Assembly (NCBI GenBank): GCA_041494445.1
Contig: JBGQAU010000005.1
Span: 4,030-68,029 of the forward strand
Source: Acidobacteriota bacterium
GTDB taxonomy: Bacteria > Acidobacteriota > Polarisedimenticolia > Polarisedimenticolales > JAIQFR01
DNA: 64,000 bases
Direction: 5' to 3'
Program-made: the position numbers and the translations under genes
The notes under the pieces: generated by a model
What the model was told of the DNA's origin: nothing
Databases searched by the model: none
Seen by the model: the letters and a program-made list of their open reading frames with translations, nothing else
Shown: piece by piece, positions 52,322-62,321 of the stretch
Position numbering within the stretch: the first letter of the stretch is position 1
Layout: every line of letters begins with the position of its first letter

Positions 52322-54253
52322 ATGTTGGGCGGAGAAGACAGGATCGATGTCGAGCTGGCCGACGGGACCGTCCGCCGCGTCCCCCGGGACATCACGCCGC
52401 TCGACCTGGCGAGAGAGATCGGCGGTGACCTCGCCGCTTCCGCCGTGGCGGTTCGTGTGGACGGCGAGCCCGCCGACCTCAAGCGGCCTCTGACGCGCGA
52501 CGCGCGCATCGAGTTCGTCGCTCCACCCGATCCCCTGGCCCTCGAAGTCCTCCGGCACTCCACCGCTCACGCGACCGCCCAGGCGGTGCAGGAGCTGTTC
52601 CCCGGAACGAAGATCGCTCAGGGGCCGGTGATCGAAAACGGCTTCTACTACGACTTCGACCGCGAGACGCCGTTTTCGGACGCGGACCTCGCCGCCATCG
52701 AGGGCCGGGTCGCGGAGATCGTCCGCCGGGACCTTCCGATCGAGCGTCTCGAGCTTCCCCGTGAGCAGGCGATCGCCTTCTTCGAGAAGGAGGGGGAGCC
52801 CTACAAGGTCTACTTCGCGACCACCAAGGGCGGGGAGACGGTCTCGATCTACCGCCAGGGGGAGTGGACCGACTTCTGCCGTGGACCGCACCTCCCCTCC
52901 ACGGCGAGGCTAGGAGCGTTCAAGCTCCTCTCGGTCGCCGGGGCCTACTGGCTCGGCGACGAGCGGAACAAGATGCTCCAGCGGATCTACGGGACGGCGT
53001 TCTTCTCCCGCGAGGAGCTCGAGGCCCACCTCACGCTCCTCGAGGAGGCGCGGAAGCGCGACCACCGGAAGCTCGGGAGGGAGCTGGGCCTCTTCTCGTT
53101 CCACCCGGAGGCCCCGGCGAGCCCGTTCTTCCATCCGAAGGGCGCGCTCGTCTACAACCTCATGGTCGCCTACGTCCGCGAGCTGTACGCCCGGTACGGG
53201 TACACCGAGGTCATCACCCCGCAGATCTTCGACGCGTCCCTCTGGAAAAGGTCGGGCCACTACGAGCACTACCGGGACAACATGTTCTTCACCGAGGCGG
53301 AAGGGCGGGAATACGCGGTCAAGCCGATGAACTGCCCCTCGCATTGCCTGATGTACTCCGAGGGGCGCCACTCTTACCGCGAGCTGCCGATGCGCCTGGC
53401 CGATTTCGGGCGGCTCCACCGCAACGAGCTGTCGGGAGTCACCGCGGGCCTCACCCGCGTCCGCAGCTTCGCCCAGGACGACGCCCACATCTTCTGCACG
53501 CCGGAACAGATCCAGGCCGAGGTGGAGGACCTGGTTCGGATGTACCTCGAGACCTACGCGCTGTTCGGGCTGCCGGAGGTGAGAATCTTCCTCGCGACGC
53601 GCCCTCCCAAGCGGGCGGGCGAGGACTCGTTGTGGGACCGGGCCGAGGCGGCGCTCGAGGGGGCGCTCCGCCGGAGCGGCCAGCCGTACAAGCTGAACCC
53701 GGGCGAAGGCGCGTTCTACGGCCCGAAGATCGACTTCATCGTCCTGGACGCCATCCGCAGGGAGCACCAGCTCGGGACCGTGCAGCTCGACTACGTTCTC
53801 CCCGAGCGGTTCGACCTGCGTTTCATCGACGCCCAGGACAAGGAGCAGCGGCCCGTGATGATCCACCGGGCCATGCTCGGGTCGCTCGAGCGGTTCTTCG
53901 GTATCTTGATCGAGCACTGCGCGGGAGCGTTTCCCCCGTGGCTGGCCCCGGAGCAGGCGCGGGTCCTCCCGATCACGGAGCGGGCGATCCCGTGGTCGAA
54001 CGAGGTGCGGGACGAGCTCGTAGCCAGCGGGCTCAGGGCTCGCGTCGACGCCCGCAGCGAGAAAATCGGGGCGAAGATCCGCGAGGCGCAGCTTGAAAAG
54101 GTCCCCTGGATGCTGGTGGTGGGGGACCGCGAGTCCGCCGATCGGACCGTCGCGGTCCGATCGCGCCGGGGCGGCGACCAGGGGGCCGTAGCCATCGAGG
54201 CATTCATCGAGAATGCGCGGACCATCGTCGCGCAACGGAAGAGCGAGCCCTGA
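52322..54253 (+). CDS. thrS: Threonyl-tRNA synthetase
   Basis: TGS domain ([27 protein letters not shown]), editing HSTAH, class II core (FRNE-like [48 protein letters not shown]). Start ATG 52322 chosen. The ORF opens at GTG 52238, which abuts the tRNA. Confidence 0.93.
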   Translation: MLGGEDRIDVELADGTVRRVPRDITPLDLAREIGGDLAASAVAVRVDGEPADLKRPLTRDARIEFVAPPDPLALEVLRHSTAHATAQAVQELFPGTKIAQGPVIENGFYYDFDRETPFSDADLAAIEGRVAEIVRRDLPIERLELPREQAIAFFEKEGEPYKVYFATTKGGETVSIYRQGEWTDFCRGPHLPSTARLGAFKLLSVAGAYWLGDERNKMLQRIYGTAFFSREELEAHLTLLEEARKRDHRKLGRELGLFSFHPEAPASPFFHPKGALVYNLMVAYVRELYARYGYTEVITPQIFDASLWKRSGHYEHYRDNMFFTEAEGREYAVKPMNCPSHCLMYSEGRHSYRELPMRLADFGRLHRNELSGVTAGLTRVRSFAQDDAHIFCTPEQIQAEVEDLVRMYLETYALFGLPEVRIFLATRPPKRAGEDSLWDRAEAALEGALRRSGQPYKLNPGEGAFYGPKIDFIVLDAIRREHQLGTVQLDYVLPERFDLRFIDAQDKEQRPVMIHRAMLGSLERFFGILIEHCAGAFPPWLAPEQARVLPITERAIPWSNEVRDELVASGLRARVDARSEKIGAKIREAQLEKVPWMLVVGDRESADRTVAVRSRRGGDQGAVAIEAFIENARTIVAQRKSEP

Positions 54254-54276
54254 CCCGGCTCGCCGGAGCGAAGACC

Positions 54277-54471
54277 ATGCCCAAGCTCAAGACCCATCGA
54301 GGCGCGGCCAAGCGGTTCAAGAAGACCGCGTCCGGGAAGTTCAAGCGCGCAAAAGCCTATAAGAGCCACATCCTGACCAAGAAAACGACCAAGCGGAAGC
54401 GCGGCCTCGACATGCCGGCGCTCGTCTCTCCCGCCGATCGGAAGCGAGTCGCGAGGATGCTTCCGAACTGA
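54277..54471 (+). CDS. rpmI: 50S ribosomal protein L35
   Basis: [36 protein letters not shown]. Confidence 0.92.
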   Translation: MPKLKTHRGAAKRFKKTASGKFKRAKAYKSHILTKKTTKRKRGLDMPALVSPADRKRVARMLPN

Positions 54472-54570
54472 CGGGGGACGGCGCAACCGCCCCGCGACGG
54501 CGGGGGAGTTCGAGGCCGACGCATTCCCGCCGCTCGGATCCCTCGGGGTTCGACGGCAAGGAGGACGGCG

Positions 54571-54933
54571 ATGTCCCGGGTGAAACGCGGCAACAAGCGA
54601 CGTCTCAAGCGGAAGAAGATCCTCCGCAGGGCGAAGGGATACTACCTCGCGAAGTCCAAGCTCTACCGGATCGCGAAGCAACAGGTGGAGCGTTCGCTGG
54701 CCTTCGCCTTCCGCGACCGACGTGCCAAGAAGCGCGACTTCCGGCGGCTCTGGATCGTGAGGATCAACGCCGCAGCGCGCCTCCACGAAATGTCTTATTC
54801 GGCGCTGATGCATGGTCTCAAGGTCGCCGGAGTGCATCTCGACCGGAAGATCTTGGCCGACCTGGCGGTCCACGACCCCGCGGCCTTCGCCCGGGTGGTC
54901 GCCGCCGCCCGCCAGGCGGCCGCCGGCGCCTGA
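54571..54933 (+). CDS. rplT: 50S ribosomal protein L20
   Basis: [68 protein letters not shown]. Confidence 0.93.
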   Translation: MSRVKRGNKRRLKRKKILRRAKGYYLAKSKLYRIAKQQVERSLAFAFRDRRAKKRDFRRLWIVRINAAARLHEMSYSALMHGLKVAGVHLDRKILADLAVHDPAAFARVVAAARQAAAGA

Positions 54934-54943
54934 CGGGGAGTCG

Positions 54944-55969
54944 GTGCGCGACGAGCTGGAGCGGATCGAAAGAGACTTCTCCGAGGCCCTCTCCGGCGCC
55001 CGGGGCAGGCCCGACGCGGTGGAGTCGGCTCGAGTCCGCTTTCTCGGGCGCAAGGGAGAGATCCAGGTCCTCATGAAGCGGCTGGCCGCCTTGGGGCCCC
55101 TGGAGCGCCCGACCGCCGGCAAGGCCATCAACGAGCTCAAGGAGAGGATCGTCTCGGCCCTTAAGTCCGCCTCGAGGGACGCGGACGCAGCGAGACGGGG
55201 CGAGGCGTTCGCCCGCGACCGGGTGGACGTCACCCTCCCCTCTCGGGTTCCCTGGCTGGGCTCCCTCCACCCCGTTACCCACGCCCGGCGCGAGCTGGAG
55301 CGGATCTTCCGCGAGATGGGCTACTCCGTCGCGAGCGGTCCGGAGGTCGAGGACGACTTCCACAACTTCGAGGCGCTCAACCTCCCGCCCGACCACCCGG
55401 CCCGCGACGCCACCGACACGTTCTACGTGGAGGGGGACCTGCTCCTCAGAACCCACACCTCGCCCGTCCAGATTCGCACCATGGAGGGGCAGGCACCGCC
55501 GATCCGGATGATTTGCCCGGGACGGGTCTTCCGGCGCGACCTCGATGCCACGCACCTGCCGATGTTCCATCAACTCGAGGCCCTCGTGGTGGACGAGGGG
55601 ATCTCGATGGCCGACCTCAAGAGAACCGTCGCCGAGCTGTGGCGGAGGTTCTTCGGTAGCGACGTGAGAACGCGGCTCCGCCCGGGCTACTTCCCCTTCG
55701 TCGAACCCGGGTGCGAGTACGACATTTCCTGCCGGGTCTGCGGCGGCTCCGGCTGCCGCATCTGCAAGGGGTCGGGCTGGCTCGAGCTCGGGGGGGCCGG
55801 CATGGTCCACCCCGCGGTCTTCGAGGCGGTGGGGATCGATCCCGAGCGTTATACCGGATTCGCCTTCGGCCTCGGCATCGACCGGATCGCGATGATGCGG
55901 TACGGAATCGACGACCTTCGCCTCCTGATGGAAAACGACGCCCGGTTCCTCGCGCAGTTTCCCGTGTAG
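54944..55969 (+). CDS. pheS: Phenylalanyl-tRNA synthetase alpha subunit
   Basis: GTG 54944 with GGGGAG RBS. FEALNLPPDHPARD, LLRTHTSPVQIR, PGRVFRRD, FPFVEPG, GAGMVHP, GFAFGLGIDR. Confidence 0.93.
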   Translation: MRDELERIERDFSEALSGARGRPDAVESARVRFLGRKGEIQVLMKRLAALGPLERPTAGKAINELKERIVSALKSASRDADAARRGEAFARDRVDVTLPSRVPWLGSLHPVTHARRELERIFREMGYSVASGPEVEDDFHNFEALNLPPDHPARDATDTFYVEGDLLLRTHTSPVQIRTMEGQAPPIRMICPGRVFRRDLDATHLPMFHQLEALVVDEGISMADLKRTVAELWRRFFGSDVRTRLRPGYFPFVEPGCEYDISCRVCGGSGCRICKGSGWLELGGAGMVHPAVFEAVGIDPERYTGFAFGLGIDRIAMMRYGIDDLRLLMENDARFLAQFPV

Positions 55970-56010
55970 GGGGGCCGGGGCGCGCGGCCCGGCTCCGGTG
56001 AGAAGCGCCC

Positions 56011-58074
56011 ATGCTCGTATCGCTGAAGTGGCTCGCCGAGATCTGCGACCTCTCGGGGATCGACGCGCCCGGCGCCGCCGCCGCCCTCACCGCGCGCGGG
56101 CTCACCGTGGATGCGATCCTCGAAGGGAGCGACGGCGCGGTGCTCGACGTGGACGTCCCGGCGAACCGCCCCGACTGTCTCGGACACCTCGGGCTCGCCC
56201 GGGAGCTCTCCGCCGCCTTCGGCCGGCGGCTTCTCCCCCGCCCCGGCGCGCCTGCCGCGTCCGGAGAGCCGGTCACGACCTTCCTCCGGCTGGAGATCGA
56301 CGCCCCGGACCTCTGCCCCTGCTACACCGCGAGGGTGGTCCGCGGCGTCCGTATCGCCGCCTCGCCCGCGTGGGTCTCCGCTCGCCTCGAAGCCTGCGGC
56401 CTGCGCGCCGTCAACAACGTCGTCGACGCGTCGAATCTCGTGCTGCTCGAGCTCGGGCACCCCATTCACACCTTCGACCTCTCCCGGCTCGGCGGCCGCG
56501 AGATCCGCGTGCGACGCGCGGCCGAAGGTGAGCGCCTGACCACTCTCGACGGCATCGAGCGAGCGTTAACGCCCGATATGCTGGTGATCGCCGACGCGGC
56601 GCGTCCCTTGGCGCTCGCCGGCGTGATGGGAGGCGCCGAGAGCGAGATCGGGCCGTCCACCCGCGACGTCCTGATCGAGGCGGCGTACTTCCTCCCGCGG
56701 TCCGTCCGCAAGACCGCGCGGCGGCTCGGCCTCGTGACCGACGCCAGCCAACGGTTCGAGCGCGGAGCCGACCCGAACGGAGTGCTCGCGGCCCAGGACA
56801 TGGCGGTGCGGCTCCTGGCGGAACTCGCCGGCGGCGTCGCCGTGCCCGGTGTCCTCGAGGCCCGTCCCGTTCCGTTCGAGCCGAAAGAGCTCGCTCTGCG
56901 ACCGGAGCGGGTGCTCCGCCTTCTCGGCTTCGACGCGGGACGCGACGCGATCCGTGGCGCGCTCGAGGCACTCGCCCTCTTCCCACGAGACGTCGAGGGC
57001 GGGGCGATCGCCGTGCGTCCTCCGTCGTGGCGAGTCGATCTCCAGCGCGAGGCGGACCTTGTGGAAGAGGTCGCCCGGCACCTCGGATACGACCGGATCC
57101 CGGAGTCCTCCGGCACCGCGGTGGCACCGTCCCCGGGAGGCCCCCGCGAGTCCGCCGAGGAGCGGTGCAGGACGCTCCTCGCCCACCTCGGCTTTCACGA
57201 GGCGTTCAACTACGCGATGCTCGCCGCCGGCGAGGACTCCCCTTTCGTCCCCCCCGGGCTCGCGCCCGCGCTCGCGATCTCGAACCCCATAGCCGAGACG
57301 CTGGCGAAGCTGAGGCGCTCGCTGCTGCCCGGCCTTCTCCGCTCCGCCGATCTCAACTTGCGCCGGGGGGCGTCCGACGTACGGCTCTTCGAGATCGGCC
57401 GCGTGTTCCTGCGCCGGACCGCGGGAGAGTTCCCCGAGGAGCCCTCGAGGGCCGCGATCGCCTGGGCCGGGGCCGCAGCGCCGCGCCACTGGAGCGGGCG
57501 CGGGGTGGAGACGGATTTCGCCGGCGCCGCTGGCATCGTCGATGCGCTGGTCGGCGCGCTACGGCCCGGCCTTTCCGCGGAGCGCCTCCCGGCGGACCTC
57601 GAAGGATTGCACCCGGGGCGCTCGGCCGCGTGGACGCCGCCGGACGGCGAGCCCTTCGCCTGGTGCGGCGAGGTCCACCCCGACATCGCCCGTTCGATGG
57701 ATCTGGCGCTGCCGGTGCATCTCGCCGAGGTGGACCTCTCCCGCCTTCTGCGCCACGCCGGGACCGGGATGCGCAGCGCCCCCCTGCCCCGTGTGCCTGC
57801 GGTCACGAGGGATCTCTCGCTCGTCGTAGGACCGCGGACGGGCTGGAGGCGACTGGTTACCGCCCTCGCGGCGGTTCCTGCCCCGGCCCCCGTCCGGTTC
57901 GAGGCGCTCGACCGGTACCAGGGGGAACCCCTCGCCCCCGGGGAGGTCTCGATCACGGTGCGTGTTATCCTCCAGCCGATGGAGCGGACGTTGACCGACG
58001 TCGAAACGGAGGCGTACCGTAAGGCGCTGGTCGAAGCCGCCGAGTCAGCGCCGGAGGTGAGGCTTCGTTCGTGA
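56011..58074 (+). CDS. pheT: Phenylalanyl-tRNA synthetase beta subunit (short form lacking the N-terminal OB tRNA-binding insert)
   Basis: MLVSLKWLAEICD...VDVPANRPDCLGHLGLARE, B3/4 domain (NNVVDASNLVLLELGHPIHTFD), B5 (WRVDLQREADLVEEVARHLGYD), FDX-ACB C-terminus. 687 aa. Confidence 0.92.
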   Translation: MLVSLKWLAEICDLSGIDAPGAAAALTARGLTVDAILEGSDGAVLDVDVPANRPDCLGHLGLARELSAAFGRRLLPRPGAPAASGEPVTTFLRLEIDAPDLCPCYTARVVRGVRIAASPAWVSARLEACGLRAVNNVVDASNLVLLELGHPIHTFDLSRLGGREIRVRRAAEGERLTTLDGIERALTPDMLVIADAARPLALAGVMGGAESEIGPSTRDVLIEAAYFLPRSVRKTARRLGLVTDASQRFERGADPNGVLAAQDMAVRLLAELAGGVAVPGVLEARPVPFEPKELALRPERVLRLLGFDAGRDAIRGALEALALFPRDVEGGAIAVRPPSWRVDLQREADLVEEVARHLGYDRIPESSGTAVAPSPGGPRESAEERCRTLLAHLGFHEAFNYAMLAAGEDSPFVPPGLAPALAISNPIAETLAKLRRSLLPGLLRSADLNLRRGASDVRLFEIGRVFLRRTAGEFPEEPSRAAIAWAGAAAPRHWSGRGVETDFAGAAGIVDALVGALRPGLSAERLPADLEGLHPGRSAAWTPPDGEPFAWCGEVHPDIARSMDLALPVHLAEVDLSRLLRHAGTGMRSAPLPRVPAVTRDLSLVVGPRTGWRRLVTALAAVPAPAPVRFEALDRYQGEPLAPGEVSITVRVILQPMERTLTDVETEAYRKALVEAAESAPEVRLRS

Positions 58075-58105
58075 CCGGCGCCGCGCCGGGATTGACAATT
58101 GACAG

Positions 58106-58393
58106 ATGAGCGAAACGAAGATTAGACTCTTGGAAGATCGCGTCCTTCAGGCGGTTGCGCGGGTACGGTCCCTCAGGGAAGAGCGCGACCGCGCCGAGGG
58201 CGAGCTGCGAGAGCTGCGCCGGAGGCTCGAGGAACTCGAGGAGGAGGCGGATCGCCTGCGCCACGGACTCGCGCCGGCAGCGGTCGGCCAGGTACGAGGC
58301 GTCCTCGAGGCGGCCGTTTTGGAGCTCCGGGAAGAGGACGACCCGACGGCGGCGCGGAAGGGAGAGCGCCGGCAGGTGGAGCGTGGCGAATGA
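58106..58393 (+). CDS. Coiled-coil protein (ZapB-like?) upstream of zapA
   Basis: MSETKIRLLEDRVLQAVARVRSLREERDRAEGELRELRRRLEELEEEADRL. ATGA overlap with zapA. No SD before the ATG, and promoter-like hexamers overlap the start, so the start is uncertain. Confidence 0.45.
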   Translation: MSETKIRLLEDRVLQAVARVRSLREERDRAEGELRELRRRLEELEEEADRLRHGLAPAAVGQVRGVLEAAVLELREEDDPTAARKGERRQVERGE

Positions 58394-58698
58394 GCGAGAT
58401 GGACAGGGAGGAGGCCCGGCCGACGTCGGTGACGATCTTCGGCCGGACCTACCACCTCCGCGGCGAGGGCGACCCGGTGTACCTCGCCGAACTGGCGGCC
58501 GAGGTGGACCGAAGGATGAACGAAGTCGCCGACGCCACGGGCACGGCGGACACCCTGAAGGTCGCCATCCTGGCCGCGCTGAACATCGCGGACGAGAGGT
58601 TTCAGGCCGGCCGGGCAAGGACCGCGCAGCTGGATGGGGAAGACGAGGCCCGGCTGGACCGGCTGTTGGCCCTGCTCGACGCGGTTCTCGACGAGTAG
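58390..58698 (+). CDS. zapA: Cell division protein ZapA
   Basis: VTIFGRTYHLRGEGDPVYLAELAAEVDRRMNEV...LKVAILAALNIADE. Confidence 0.8.
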   Translation: MSEMDREEARPTSVTIFGRTYHLRGEGDPVYLAELAAEVDRRMNEVADATGTADTLKVAILAALNIADERFQAGRARTAQLDGEDEARLDRLLALLDAVLDE

Positions 58699-58790
58699 GG
58701 CCGGGCGCGGGCCGTGCTGACGCGGCCTGGCGGATCGAGCGCGCGACGAACGATTGGAAGGCGGTAGGACGCGGAGTCGAGGTAGCGAAA

Positions 58791-58970
58791 GGACCCCTGC
58801 GGGGTGCGTGATGGGTCGTTTCCCTTGAGCCAACGTCAGTTCTTCGGGGGCAAAGGCCCGCCGGTGGTGTGCAAGCCCCTCTTGCAAGGGGAAGCCTGAA
58901 GCCGACGAGTCGCTCCCACCTGGTAGGTCAGGTTCAACCGGATCCGCCCACACGGCCCATGCGGGGGTCT
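58791..58970 (+). ncRNA. ssrS: 6S RNA (SsrS) candidate
   Basis: Non-coding gap after zapA, which is the classic ssrS position. 5' arm ...GUUUCCCUUGAGCC and 3' arm CACCUGGUAGGUCAGGUUCAACC resemble E. coli 6S CCCCUGAGCC and CACCUUGAACCAAGGGUUCAAGG (from memory). Ends pair as a closing stem (GGACCCCUGCGGG with CCCAUGCGGGGGUCU). Apical hairpin CCCCU-CUUGCA-AGGGG. Ends accurate to about 10 nt. Confidence 0.65.
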
Positions 58971-59079
58971 TGTATGGCTTCCGCGTTCGCGCCATTTCGC
59001 GCGTGAGATCCATCCAGGCCCCGGCAGCACCCGCTCCGGCCGGTGGGGTTGACGTCCCGCCGGCCACGAGGCGAACAGG

Positions 59080-60627
59080 GTGCTTTCCGAAACGGGCTTC
59101 ATTCTCCCGCTCCTCGCGGGGTTGTTGGGCGGCGCCATCGTGCTCGCCGTGGCCGCCTGGACGGCGAGGCGCATCGTCACCCGGGCGCGCGACTTCTCCC
59201 GAAGCCTCCTGGACGAGGCTCGGCAGGAGGCCGAGAGCAAGGCGCGCGAGACCCTGGTCGGCGCCCAGGAGAAGGCGCTCGCGATCGAGGAGGAGGCCGA
59301 TCGACGCGAGCGCGACCTGGACGCCCGGGAAGCGGCGGTCGAGTCCCGTTCCCGCGAGATCGAGGCGGAGGCGGCGACCGTCGAGCGGCAGCGGAACGAC
59401 CTCGCGCGGCGGCAGGCGGCTCTCGCGCGCAACGAGCAGGCGGTCCAGGAGTCGCTCGACGGCGCCCGCAAGGAGTTGGAGCGCGCGCGCCTTGCGATCG
59501 AGCGCGCCGCGGGGCTGACGGCGGTGGAGGCACGGGCGGAGCTCGTGGCCGCGATCGAGGAGGACGCCCGCAAGGAGGGCGCCCGTCTCGCCCGCCGGAT
59601 CGAGGACGAGGCCCGGGAGATGGCCGTGCGCGAGGCGCTCGGGCTCGTCGTGCGGGCCACGGAGCGGATCAACCTTCGCGAAGCGGTGGAGAGCACCGTC
59701 AGCTTCATCGAACTCCCCAGCGACGAGATGAAGGGCCGGATCATCGGTCGCGAGGGACGGAACATCCGCGCGCTCGAAATGGCCACCGGGATCGACGTCA
59801 TCGTGGACGACACTCCTCGGGCGATCCTGATCTCCTCCTTCGACCCGATTCGTCGGGAGGTGGCGCGCGTCGCCATCGAGCGGCTGATCGAGGACGGTCG
59901 GATCCATCCCGCGCGAATCGAGGAGGTGGTCGCGAAGGTCCGGACGGAGACCGAGACTCTCTCCGAGGAGGCCGGCTCCCAGGCCGCGTTCAACCTGGGC
60001 ATCTCCGATCCCCATCCTCGCCTGGCCCGGCTCGTGGGACGGCTCAAGTTCCGGACCCATCACGGCCATAACCTTCTCCAGCACTGCACGGAGGTCGCCC
60101 TGATCGCCGGGCACATGGCGGTGGAGGTCGGCGGGCGGGTCGAGGTGGTCCGCCGAGCAGCCCTCCTGCACGAGATCGGCCGCGTGGACGAGACCGCGTC
60201 GGGACACACCGTGCTGGCTTCGGCCGACCTGGCGGCGAAGTTCGGCGAGAGCGAGGAGGTGGTTCACGCCATCCAGAGCCTCCACCCCGACGCCGACGCC
60301 GCCACCCTGGAGGCCCTGCTTCTCAGGATCGCCAACCGCGTCTCCGACAACCGTCCCGGGGCGCGCAAGGAGAACCTGGAGTTGTTCATCGAGCGCCTGA
60401 GGCGGCTCGAAACCATCGCGCTCGCCTTCCCCGGGGTGGTGCAGGCCTACGCCGTCAAGGCGGGGAAGGACCTTCGCGTCATCGTGGACACCCGCGAGGT
60501 GAGCGACGAAGGCGCCTACGCCCTCTCCAGGGACATCGCCCGGGCCATCGAGAAAGACGTGACCTACTCCGGCCAGATCCGGGTGAGCGTGGTCCGGGAG
60601 ACCCGCTCGGTGCAGTTCGCGGTCTGA
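59080..60627 (+). CDS. rny: Ribonuclease Y
   Basis: GTG 59080. N-terminal TM helix, long coiled coil, KH (EMKGRIIGREGRNIRALE), HD (HCTEVALIAGHMA...LLHEIGR). Confidence 0.93.
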   Translation: MLSETGFILPLLAGLLGGAIVLAVAAWTARRIVTRARDFSRSLLDEARQEAESKARETLVGAQEKALAIEEEADRRERDLDAREAAVESRSREIEAEAATVERQRNDLARRQAALARNEQAVQESLDGARKELERARLAIERAAGLTAVEARAELVAAIEEDARKEGARLARRIEDEAREMAVREALGLVVRATERINLREAVESTVSFIELPSDEMKGRIIGREGRNIRALEMATGIDVIVDDTPRAILISSFDPIRREVARVAIERLIEDGRIHPARIEEVVAKVRTETETLSEEAGSQAAFNLGISDPHPRLARLVGRLKFRTHHGHNLLQHCTEVALIAGHMAVEVGGRVEVVRRAALLHEIGRVDETASGHTVLASADLAAKFGESEEVVHAIQSLHPDADAATLEALLLRIANRVSDNRPGARKENLELFIERLRRLETIALAFPGVVQAYAVKAGKDLRVIVDTREVSDEGAYALSRDIARAIEKDVTYSGQIRVSVVRETRSVQFAV

Positions 60628-60636
60628 GGCGCTCCG

Positions 60637-61437
60637 TTGCGGATCCTGTTCGTCGGCGACGTCGTCGGCCTGCCCGGAAGGCGCGTGCTGCGCTCCGGGC
60701 TAGCCGTGCTCCGCGGCAAACTTCACCCCGACCTCGTGGTCGCCAACGGAGAGAACTGCGCCGGCGGCAACGGCCTCACGCCCACCACCGCCGAGGAGTT
60801 GTTCCGAGCGGGATGCGACGTGGTGACCACCGGGAACCACGTCTGGGACCGCAGGGAGATCGTTCCCTATCTTGCGGGCCATGAGCGCCTCCTGAGGCCG
60901 GCCAACTATCCCGCGGGGGTCCCCGGGCGCGGGGCCGTCGTCGTCCCGGCGCTCGACGGAACCCCGGTGCTGGTCGCGAACCTCATGGGGCGCGTCTACA
61001 TGCCGGCGGTGGACGATCCGTTCCGTACCGCCGACGCGCTGCTCGCGGATTTCGGCGGCCGGGCGCGCGTCTCCCTCGTGGACTTCCACGCCGAGGCCAC
61101 CAGCGAGAAGATCGCCTTCTGTTGGTACGTCGATGGGCGGTTCTCAGCGGTCGTCGGCACCCACACCCACGTCGCGACGGCTGACGAACGCGTGCTTCCG
61201 GGCGGGAGCGCGTGCATCACGGACGTCGGGATGACCGGCCCGCACGATTCCGTCATCGGGGTCGAGAAGGCCGAGGTGCTCGAGCGGTTTCTCACGCAGA
61301 GGCCCGTCCGCTTCTCCACCGCTCGCGAGGACGTGCGCTTGCAGGCGGTGCTGATCGAGGTCTCTCCATCGGACGGTCGCGCCGGCTCGATCCGGCGCAT
61401 CGAGTTCCGCGAAGGGGACCGGGACGAGGTGCGATGA
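60637..61437 (+). CDS. ymdB: YmdB-family (TIGR00282) metallophosphoesterase
   Basis: TTG 60637. MRILFVGDVVGLPGR...VVANGENCAGGNGLT...TTGNHVWD...DFHAEATSEK...GTHTHV. Confidence 0.88.
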   Translation: MRILFVGDVVGLPGRRVLRSGLAVLRGKLHPDLVVANGENCAGGNGLTPTTAEELFRAGCDVVTTGNHVWDRREIVPYLAGHERLLRPANYPAGVPGRGAVVVPALDGTPVLVANLMGRVYMPAVDDPFRTADALLADFGGRARVSLVDFHAEATSEKIAFCWYVDGRFSAVVGTHTHVATADERVLPGGSACITDVGMTGPHDSVIGVEKAEVLERFLTQRPVRFSTAREDVRLQAVLIEVSPSDGRAGSIRRIEFREGDRDEVR

Positions 61438-62321
61438 TCCTGTCCACCTACCTCGCTCCGAGGCGGCGCCGGGTCGAAGAGGCGCTCGAGCGGCTCCTCC
61501 CCCACCCCTCCGGTCCTTCGGCGACGGTGGCGCGGGCGATGCGTTACGCCGTGCTCGGCGGGGGAAAGCGGATCCGGCCGCTCCTCGCGATCGCGTCGTG
61601 CGAGGCGTGCGGAGGGTCGGTCGACGACGTCCTGGACCCTGCGGCCGCGCTGGAGATGCTCCACACGTACTCGCTCGTCCACGACGACCTCCCCTCGATG
61701 GACGACGACGACCTGCGGCGAGGGCGGCCCACCGTGCACCGCGCCTTCGGCGAGGGCGAGGCGGTCCTCGCGGGCGACGCGCTCCTCACCCTCGCTTTCG
61801 AGGTCCTTGCCGTGGCGCCTCCCGGCGACGCCCTCGCCGCTCGACGCGCCGAGGCGGTGGCCGTGGTGGCGCGGCGCGCGGGAGTGAGCGGGATGATCGG
61901 GGGCCAGATCGCGGACATCGAGGCGGAGCGCACGGCGGCGGACCCCGCTCGCCTCGAGTGGATCCACCTGCACAAGACCGGGGCGCTCATCGCGGCCAGC
62001 GTCCTTCTTGGCGCGATCCACGGCGGCGCGTCGGAAACGGAGCGCGGTGACCTCGAGCGCTACGGCCTCGCGACGGGGCTGGCCTTCCAGATCGCCGACG
62101 ACGTCCTCGACGCGACGTCCTCCCCCGAGGCCCTCGGAAAGACCCCCGGGAAGGACCTCCGCGCCGGGAAGGCGACCTACCCCTCCGCGCTCGGGATCGA
62201 CGCGTCCCGTGCCGAGGCCGTGCGCAGCGTCGGAATCGCGCTCGAGGCGCTCGAGCGCTCCGGACGCGCGACGGAGCCTCTCCGCGAACTCGCGCGCTTC
62301 GCCGTCGAACGATCGAGATGA
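61434..62321 (+). CDS. ispA: Polyprenyl (farnesyl/geranylgeranyl) diphosphate synthase
   Basis: ATGA overlap with ymdB. GGKRIRPLL, LVHDDLPSMDDDDLRRG (first DDxxD), FQIADDVLD (second DDxxD), KTPGKD. Confidence 0.88.
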   Translation: MILSTYLAPRRRRVEEALERLLPHPSGPSATVARAMRYAVLGGGKRIRPLLAIASCEACGGSVDDVLDPAAALEMLHTYSLVHDDLPSMDDDDLRRGRPTVHRAFGEGEAVLAGDALLTLAFEVLAVAPPGDALAARRAEAVAVVARRAGVSGMIGGQIADIEAERTAADPARLEWIHLHKTGALIAASVLLGAIHGGASETERGDLERYGLATGLAFQIADDVLDATSSPEALGKTPGKDLRAGKATYPSALGIDASRAEAVRSVGIALEALERSGRATEPLRELARFAVERSR

